From assembly GCA_049438185.1 (NCBI GenBank), contig JBMTJI010000005.1, forward strand, positions 2,316 to 66,315: a stretch of 64,000 nt of DNA. The letters run 5' to 3'. The notes below the pieces were generated by a model. That model had not been told where the DNA came from, did not search any database, and worked only from the letters and a program-made list of their open reading frames with translations. This document shows positions 57,905 through 64,000 of this stretch, piece by piece; position 1 is the first letter of the stretch, and each line of letters begins with the position of its first letter. The stretch is from Candidatus Poseidoniaceae archaeon (lineage in GTDB: Archaea; Thermoplasmatota; Poseidoniia; Poseidoniales; Poseidoniaceae). The position numbers were made by a program, and so were the translations under genes.

Positions 57905-59188
57905 ATGGACGAAGCACCCGGCGCATCGCTGGTCAATGCCCTCGCTTCGACTCGGCAAGGGAATGATACCATCTTTGGATGGTATGCCCGATACCTTGCA
58001 GCAAAGGAAGAAGGTCATGATGCAGTGAATGGGACGGCAGGCATCCTGCTCGAAAATGATGGAACATTGGCCATCAATCAGGTTGTCGACAGGATGCTTC
58101 GAGAAGCACCAGCACTGGAGTTTTCATCCTACGCCCCTCTCAAGGGTCTCCCAGATTTTCTTGACTTGAGTATCTCTCTTGCACTCGGGGAACATCGTGA
58201 AGCTCTTCAATCGATGGGATTTGGATTCGTTTCTACAGCATCGCCAGGTGGCTCAGGGGCTTTGTTCCTGGCAGCGAACAATCTCTGTGAACGAGGCGAT
58301 GCCATTCTTCTTCGAGACCGCCATTGGGGGCCATACGCAGGCTTCCTCAAAGGATGCGGACTCGAAATGGCAACATGGCCATTGTTGCCTGAAACAAAGG
58401 GAGATTATCCCTACTTTGCCGATGAAGCCTTTGAAGCCAGCGTCAAACAACTCGCACAGAATCAGAAGACTGTGATGGTGTGGTTGAACGATCCAGCACA
58501 CAATCCCACTGGACTGACCATGACAGCAGAAGGCCGAAGAGCGGCGCTCGACATCATAATGGCAAGTGCATCCAAGTACCCGGACGTTGGTCATACATTG
58601 CTTCTTGACACAGCCTACAGCCTCTATGCGAACGAACCGCATGGTTGGGGTCAGACCATCGTTGATGCCATGGAGGACGGAACGCCTTGGCCTGAAAATT
58701 TCCTTATCACCTATGCCCTCTCATTGTCCAAATCACATACTGCATATGGACTCCGAACTGGAGCTCTGATTGGTATTCATCCCGATCAATCTGTGACAGA
58801 ACGCCTCAGAGATATCTTCGGAACAACTGGAAGACAGACTTGGTCTGCTGCACCTCGGATCCTCCAATACACTTCGGCACAATTGCATGGAAATGAAGAA
58901 TCTGCAGAGGAATGGTCACAAGAACGGGAACGACTGCAAGGATTGCTTACTGAACGCAGGGACAAGTTTGTCAACGCATGCCATGAACACGGCGTGCCCA
59001 TCAACCCGACGCACGATGGATTCTTTGCGTGGCTTGAACATGATGATCCAGAATCCATCACTGAAGCATGCGCCGAACACCACGTCTACCTTGTTCCACT
59101 TCGAGGCGGCATCCGCATCGGCTTATGCGCCATGCCAAGTGATGCAGTCGAACGAGTCGCAAAGACGCTTGCAACCGTCCTCAACTAG
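57905..59188 (+). CDS. Aspartate/aromatic aminotransferase (class I, AspC/TyrB family)
   Basis: The SKSHTAYGLRTGALIG region (compare SKNFGLYGERVGAL) and NPTG motif. Length 427 aa. Confidence 0.8.
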   Translation: MDEAPGASLVNALASTRQGNDTIFGWYARYLAAKEEGHDAVNGTAGILLENDGTLAINQVVDRMLREAPALEFSSYAPLKGLPDFLDLSISLALGEHREALQSMGFGFVSTASPGGSGALFLAANNLCERGDAILLRDRHWGPYAGFLKGCGLEMATWPLLPETKGDYPYFADEAFEASVKQLAQNQKTVMVWLNDPAHNPTGLTMTAEGRRAALDIIMASASKYPDVGHTLLLDTAYSLYANEPHGWGQTIVDAMEDGTPWPENFLITYALSLSKSHTAYGLRTGALIGIHPDQSVTERLRDIFGTTGRQTWSAAPRILQYTSAQLHGNEESAEEWSQERERLQGLLTERRDKFVNACHEHGVPINPTHDGFFAWLEHDDPESITEACAEHHVYLVPLRGGIRIGLCAMPSDAVERVAKTLATVLN

Positions 59189-59197
59189 GTGAGAACA

Positions 59198-59578
59198 ATG
59201 GTTCGCAATGTGCGTGAGAACCTCATTCTTTCAGGAATGATTTGCATCGCTTTTGGTGCTTTTTTGTCCGTAGGAGGTGTTCTTTCAATGGGAGCAGTGA
59301 TTGGTGTTTCAGGCATACTTCTATTCACTATCGGAATGAGTACTCCAAGTCAGCGGACCATGACAGAACAAGACATTGCAGCTTGGAAACCGAGTGCTGA
59401 GCAACTTCCTGATGCGAACCGAATCATGTACAGAGTTGATGTCACGATCGATGAACCGAAAAAGACAACAATCCTTTGCGGACCATGTGGTGTGGTGACT
59501 GAACTGGATGGTGATCGACCATCCTCCTTCACATGTCCTGCGTGCAAGACATTCCTCTATGAGGATGAAGAGGAATGA
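59198..59578 (+). CDS. Small membrane protein with C-terminal zinc-ribbon (CGPCG...CPAC)
   Basis: Two TM helices, then CGPCGVVTELDGDRPSSFTCPACKTF. ATG at 59198 is preceded by AGGTGA. The track start 59189 is GTG. Confidence 0.45.
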   Translation: MVRNVRENLILSGMICIAFGAFLSVGGVLSMGAVIGVSGILLFTIGMSTPSQRTMTEQDIAAWKPSAEQLPDANRIMYRVDVTIDEPKKTTILCGPCGVVTELDGDRPSSFTCPACKTFLYEDEEE

Positions 59579-60457
59579 TCAATTCTTTTCAAATTCAAAC
59601 GGTTCTACAGTTGTATCGCTCGAACCTTCACCACTTACAGCACCATCCGATGAAGGAAACTGATACGGTTCTGCTTTCGTCATCTCTTCCGTAACAACAG
59701 ATGATGTCGTAACTTGCGAGATGTTTTGATTGACACCAACACCAACGGCGTTCGGCGGCATTGAATTCATCATATACATCCCATCAGTCCCAACCATCAT
59801 TTCAACGGGTGCATCATCTTTCAGCGTAAAGATAAGAATGACGCCGATCAGCATAATGACAACACCACAACACAATGCTCCAGAGCCACCGAGAAAGCCG
59901 AGGGCGATCAATCCAATATCCTCACCCAGTTCTTCGAAGAGGATATCATCATACGTGACTGAGACATTTCCATCGGATTCAAAGGAAAAATCACCAGGCG
60001 TACATCCATAACATGCTCGACCAACCTTCACGTATCCTTGTTCGATGCGATCGTAATTTCTGTTCTTCAAATCTGCAGTACAATCCGAGGATTCTAGACC
60101 ATCATAATCGAAGAGAACTTCAGAATAAAAGTCGCCATCGAGTGCAACAGCTTTATCGCCCCAACTTCCATCGATTTCGGGGTGTTCGGTGACTGTAATG
60201 GTTACATTATCACAAACATCCCAAATGCCGTTCTCATCATCATCAAGATACTTACCTTGTACCCAAAAGGTAACACCAAGTTCACCGAAACCATCCCGAT
60301 CCTCGATGTAGATGGTTCCGTCGGTCACTTCTTCAAGCGTGAACTCTCTCGACTCTTCAATTCCAGCGATACCAAATCCACCAATAACGAATCCGATAAT
60401 ACCGACAACAAAGATGCCAAGCCCAACGAGAATGGTAATCGTAGCACGCTTATCCAT
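59579..60457 (-). CDS. Hypothetical membrane protein (N- and C-terminal TM flanking a Cys-containing extracytoplasmic domain)
   Basis: ATG start with hydrophobic segments at both ends. Confidence 0.45.
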   Translation of the reverse strand: MDKRATITILVGLGIFVVGIIGFVIGGFGIAGIEESREFTLEEVTDGTIYIEDRDGFGELGVTFWVQGKYLDDDENGIWDVCDNVTITVTEHPEIDGSWGDKAVALDGDFYSEVLFDYDGLESSDCTADLKNRNYDRIEQGYVKVGRACYGCTPGDFSFESDGNVSVTYDDILFEELGEDIGLIALGFLGGSGALCCGVVIMLIGVILIFTLKDDAPVEMMVGTDGMYMMNSMPPNAVGVGVNQNISQVTTSSVVTEEMTKAEPYQFPSSDGAVSGEGSSDTTVEPFEFEKN

Positions 60458-60498
60458 GCTACGACCACAGTTCAGTCGTATTTGATGCTATGGGGCAT

Positions 60499-63258
60499 TC
60501 ACTCGGTCGTTTCGCCTTCTTCCGAAGCGGCCATGGTGAGGTCGTCGTCTTTCTTACCGGCCATAGCGAAGTGCATGATGACTAGAGCGATACCACCCAC
60601 GTAAAGCAACAATCCAACGTAATCGAAGCCATTGTCAAAGTTCATCCACCAGCCCATGAGTTCTTGGTTCTGGACGATGGCACTTTCCATGTCTTCAGCA
60701 TCGCCGTCTTCAATCTCTGAACCCTGAACAATTTGGAATACAGGTTGGAGGTCAGACATCGCAGGAGTTGATGCGAGATCGGTTCCTGTGCGTGTGTCAA
60801 GGTAGAAGGTTGATGTCGAATCACCAGCGATGATGAGGCCGGAGATTTCTTCAGACTTCATGTTAATTTCGCTACCAAAGTAAACAGGAAGTGCAGGTGT
60901 CATTGCATCAAGGAGCGAGTAACTCTTGATGAGTTTCGCAGTGATTGGGTTTGTTGTTGCATCGACAGATGCAGAGCACACATCGACTGGGATGTCCTTG
61001 ACTTCACCGTCACCGGTGCATGTCACTTCAGTAACAGCGTAGCCACCAGCGTTGACTTTGTCACCGTCACCAGTGAGGAAACCACCAGTTGTTCCATCAA
61101 GTGTTTCAACAGTGATGAGACCGAACGTTGCATTCATCATGTTAGTGTTGCGCCATGAGAGTTCGTTTGATCCGTCCTCAGAGACAGCTTCACCCTTTTC
61201 ACAGTCTGCATTGTGTCCAGTGCACATAACGTAGACAGAAGCAGGTCCAGTGGAGACGCCACCGGATCCGTAGTAGGTTTCGTTGGTTTCCAACGTAGCC
61301 CATCCTGCGGATGGAGCGGTTGGGTCTTCAGCGACCATCATGCTGACTGGGTCAAACCATCCATAGAGCCAATTGTTGAGTGGCATAGTCATGTATGGAC
61401 CTTGGCTACCGAAACTGTCAACGAGGAATCCTGGGACGAAGTCACCATAGATGACACTCATCATCAGGGTTCGGAGTGCGTTTGCAGCGTTTGCATCGAC
61501 TCCATAGAGTGCAGAAACGGTTGTTGCGTTCCATTCCATTGGTGCACCAGGACCCATGGTTGCAAAGTCGATTGGAGGCGTCATACCAGTAAGTTCACCG
61601 TACAGGAAGAGCGTTGCACCTGTTGTGGTAGTAAGTCCAAGATCACCGTAGAGGATGTTTCCTGACACTGCAGCGTCGAGAGCAATCGAAGGCGCACCTT
61701 CCGAGGCAGGTACAAGGGCAGTACCCCAAGCACCACCGAGGTTGAGGCTGTTGTCGAGGTAGCCACCGTTGACTGGATCTTCGTTACCGAATGTTACGTT
61801 GACGAATTGTTCCGCAGTCATGGTACCGGTTCCACCGAGGAGTGCCATTGGAAGAGAGGAGGCGCTGGACAACCAGCCTCCAGCCCATGTTGCGATAGCG
61901 CCGTATTGTGTTGGATCGAGTCCGTAAGCGCTCATTGCATCGGCTGCTTCCATACCCATGAAGTTAGCAAGTCCAAAGGAAGTACCTTCCTCATTGGTTG
62001 CGAAGAGACCCATTGGATCATCTGTGCCTTGTCCTCCAAAGAGAAGGCCCATAGCTAGAGCGTTGTCGATATCGACACCGAGGTAGTTCATGAGTCGAGT
62101 TGAAGCATCAATGGCCATTGCATCAGCGAACCAGTCGTCATCGGCTCCACCGTGAATCATCGAGAAGGTTCCTGCAACACCGAAACAAATTGCAAAGTCC
62201 ATTGCTATTGTAGCGTTGATGTCAGAGGGATTCAAGAATCCCCAAACGCCTGCACGCTGAAGAACACCAGTCGTGAAAGCGGGGCTGTTGGCGAGATCGG
62301 CCGATACAGAAGCATAGTCGTAATCCTCTGTTGGCATTGCATCGCAGTGTCCAGCAAGCAAAAGAACACCTTGCATGTCTGTGAGTGCGGCATTTTCTGT
62401 TCCAAACATAGCAGTGTCGAAAGCCGTCGAAAGGTCACCAATTGAGGCGTTTCCTGCGAAGGTAATTGCAGACTCGTTACCAGGACCGCCTGCTTCAGCA
62501 AGTTGCAATCCTTGAATCGCCGTAGTGTAATTAATCATCTCCCCGTTACCCGTCATGTTGTTCATTTCGGATCCATTGATGAGAGCGAAGTAGTCATTAA
62601 ACGCATCATACCATCCAACACCAATCATCATCGAGGCAGTGGCAGCATCAACTGCTGCACCACCGGTCATAGCACCGGCTTGGATGCCCATGTAAGACAT
62701 CTCAAGGTCATCTGCAGTCTTCTTTGCAGCGGAGAAGGATTCCAATTCAATGGCCATGACACCAGCAGAGAATCCAACCTTGGTCAAATCCATGACCCCT
62801 TCAATAGCCATTCCAGTTGCTCCAACAACTTGTGGTTGGAACGGAATGTTGAGTTGTGTGATTGGTGTGTTACAATCCTCAGGATCGTCCATTGCACACG
62901 TGAATACCTTGGATTCATCGTAGGTGAGTGTACCCGCATCCTTGTCGAATGCGATAATGTTTCGAGTGGTTGTAATCTCGTAATCAAACGGACCCAACTT
63001 CTCGTAGACAGGAGCTTCTCCAGCCATTACAGCATCAGCATTGGTCAAGTTCCAAGCGTAGTAACTGCGGTCAGAGGTGGACGATGCCCAGTCTTCTTCA
63101 GCGGTCGTACAGTCCGAATCAGCACATGCTGAATCGTATGGATAGGTTTCAAAGTTGTCTTCAACTGCGCCTTCAACCATACTTGTTGCAATCGGTGCTA
63201 GTACGACCAAATTCAGTAGAATCATGACTGCGCCAGCGATTAATTTTTCATTTCCCAT
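60499..63258 (-). CDS. Large Gly/Ala/Met/Thr-rich cell-surface protein with signal peptide and C-terminal TM anchor
   Basis: ATG at 63258 (MGNEKLIAGAVMILLNLVVLAPIATS). The track start 63276 is GTG. C-terminus VGLLLYVGGIALVIMHFAMAGKKDDD. No catalytic motifs recognised. Confidence 0.55.
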   Translation of the reverse strand: MGNEKLIAGAVMILLNLVVLAPIATSMVEGAVEDNFETYPYDSACADSDCTTAEEDWASSTSDRSYYAWNLTNADAVMAGEAPVYEKLGPFDYEITTTRNIIAFDKDAGTLTYDESKVFTCAMDDPEDCNTPITQLNIPFQPQVVGATGMAIEGVMDLTKVGFSAGVMAIELESFSAAKKTADDLEMSYMGIQAGAMTGGAAVDAATASMMIGVGWYDAFNDYFALINGSEMNNMTGNGEMINYTTAIQGLQLAEAGGPGNESAITFAGNASIGDLSTAFDTAMFGTENAALTDMQGVLLLAGHCDAMPTEDYDYASVSADLANSPAFTTGVLQRAGVWGFLNPSDINATIAMDFAICFGVAGTFSMIHGGADDDWFADAMAIDASTRLMNYLGVDIDNALAMGLLFGGQGTDDPMGLFATNEEGTSFGLANFMGMEAADAMSAYGLDPTQYGAIATWAGGWLSSASSLPMALLGGTGTMTAEQFVNVTFGNEDPVNGGYLDNSLNLGGAWGTALVPASEGAPSIALDAAVSGNILYGDLGLTTTTGATLFLYGELTGMTPPIDFATMGPGAPMEWNATTVSALYGVDANAANALRTLMMSVIYGDFVPGFLVDSFGSQGPYMTMPLNNWLYGWFDPVSMMVAEDPTAPSAGWATLETNETYYGSGGVSTGPASVYVMCTGHNADCEKGEAVSEDGSNELSWRNTNMMNATFGLITVETLDGTTGGFLTGDGDKVNAGGYAVTEVTCTGDGEVKDIPVDVCSASVDATTNPITAKLIKSYSLLDAMTPALPVYFGSEINMKSEEISGLIIAGDSTSTFYLDTRTGTDLASTPAMSDLQPVFQIVQGSEIEDGDAEDMESAIVQNQELMGWWMNFDNGFDYVGLLLYVGGIALVIMHFAMAGKKDDDLTMAASEEGETTE

Positions 63259-63301
63259 AGGTGTTCCCCAACTCACTTGGTGAACGGTTTACTACTTAAC
63301 T

Positions 63302-63805
63302 TTAGGACCTACTGTACTTGATTGCAGTGCCATATGCAATAAATTCGTAGCCAGCGGTTTTATCATTACCTGTGGCCTTCTTGGTAACCATTGATGTTTC
63401 GACGCGTACATTGATGATTTCATCGAATCCTTGTTGAAGAGCTTGCACTCTCATGTCATGCAAGACTTTGCGACGGCCGTAACTAAGCATCTTATCGTAT
63501 GATTCGATCCTACCGCCAAAGAAATTCTTCCAGCCACCAAGCATCATTTGCCACCATGATGGACCAACTGAAATGCTTGACATTACCAGCGTTGAAGATT
63601 CGACATTTGTTGATTTACTTGGTTTTGAGAGGTTGTTGAGAGGGTGACCAGCTCCCGAATCGTTTAGGGCTTTTTCTTCCGATGCGAGTTGATTGAGGAT
63701 TTTTCCTTGGTGCCAATTCCCGAACATCCAAGAGAGGACAATAGGCAGGAATACGAACAATACTATCGGAAGGACATTCAAGAGAATGATGATCAGGACT
63801 TCCAA
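63302..63805 (-). CDS. YbjQ/UPF0145-family protein with N-terminal TM helix
   Basis: C-terminal GGRIESYDKML...GFDEIINVRVETS...AYGTAIK matches the UPF0145 pattern. TTG start preceded by GAGGCGG. N-terminal hydrophobic helix VLIIILLNVLPIVLFVFLPIVL. Confidence 0.55.
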   Translation of the reverse strand: MEVLIIILLNVLPIVLFVFLPIVLSWMFGNWHQGKILNQLASEEKALNDSGAGHPLNNLSKPSKSTNVESSTLVMSSISVGPSWWQMMLGGWKNFFGGRIESYDKMLSYGRRKVLHDMRVQALQQGFDEIINVRVETSMVTKKATGNDKTAGYEFIAYGTAIKYSRS

Positions 63806-63815
63806 AAAACCGCCT

Positions 63816-64000
63816 CACTGTACAGTCACTGCAGTTCCGTACGCAAACAATTCAGCGGCACCGCCAGAAACGGCTGATGTTGCGAATCGGACGTTGACGA
63901 TGGCGTTTGCTCCACGGGATTGAGCATCCATCATCATGCGTTGAAGGGCTTCATTTCGTGATTCTTGGAGTAGTTCTGTGTATGCTTTCAGCTCTCCCCC
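63816..64000 (-). CDS. YbjQ/UPF0145-family protein (C-terminal part; gene starts beyond window end)
   Basis: The minus-strand frame reads ...ESRNEALQRMMMDAQSRGANAIVNVRFATSAVSGGAAELFAYGTAVTVQ* with its stop at 63816-63818. Confidence 0.6.

Noticed and set aside
1-64000. CRISPR arrays, integrases, transposases, prophage or plasmid genes
   Set aside because: No intergenic region exceeds about 110 nt. No repeat-spacer periodicity was seen. No ORF has integrase/transposase motifs. The tRNA gene has no flanking direct repeat that I could see.

Overview
Dense, almost fully coding 64-kb window from an archaeon. Archaeal markers are an archaeosine tRNA-guanine transglycosylase (ArcTGT), archaeal-type nicotinamide-nucleotide adenylyltransferase (NMNAT), a DRG-family GTPase and an archaeal CTP-type riboflavin kinase. 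The proteins are strongly acidic (D/E-rich), which suggests a halophile. GC looks moderate by eye (mid-40s to about 50%); it was not computed, and the taxon cannot be resolved from sequence alone. The ORF track frequently uses TTG/GTG starts or runs through upstream genes, so I re-picked starts where a nearby ATG gives a 4-nt overlap or a sensible N-terminus.

Main content, in order:
- pdxT (partial), a class V aminotransferase, NMNAT and grpE.
- A giant surface protein with thrombospondin-3-like Ca-binding repeats.
- An alpha-glucan (starch) utilisation locus: membrane-anchored GH57 and GH13+CBM48 enzymes, GH77 4-alpha-glucanotransferase, GT35 phosphorylase and an ABC importer with a substrate-binding-protein (SBP)::permease fusion.
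- truA.
- A five-gene unit of two ABC-2 ATPase/permease pairs plus a Trp-rich protein.
- ArcTGT.
- An Nfu gene plus a bacterial-style sufCBDSE-DUF59 cluster, then riboflavin kinase and an AONS/Kbl-family enzyme.
- A three-gene operon: DUF835-like protein, DnaA-like AAA+ protein, YkgJ.
- Citrate synthase, a Rieske protein, an RND/MMPL exporter, an apparently circularly permuted GDPD with a PAP2-like membrane protein, tatC, a PHP phosphoesterase, folD, tRNA-Thr(UGU), an aspartate-family aminotransferase, further membrane/surface proteins and tandem YbjQ genes.

No CRISPR array, integrase or transposase was seen.
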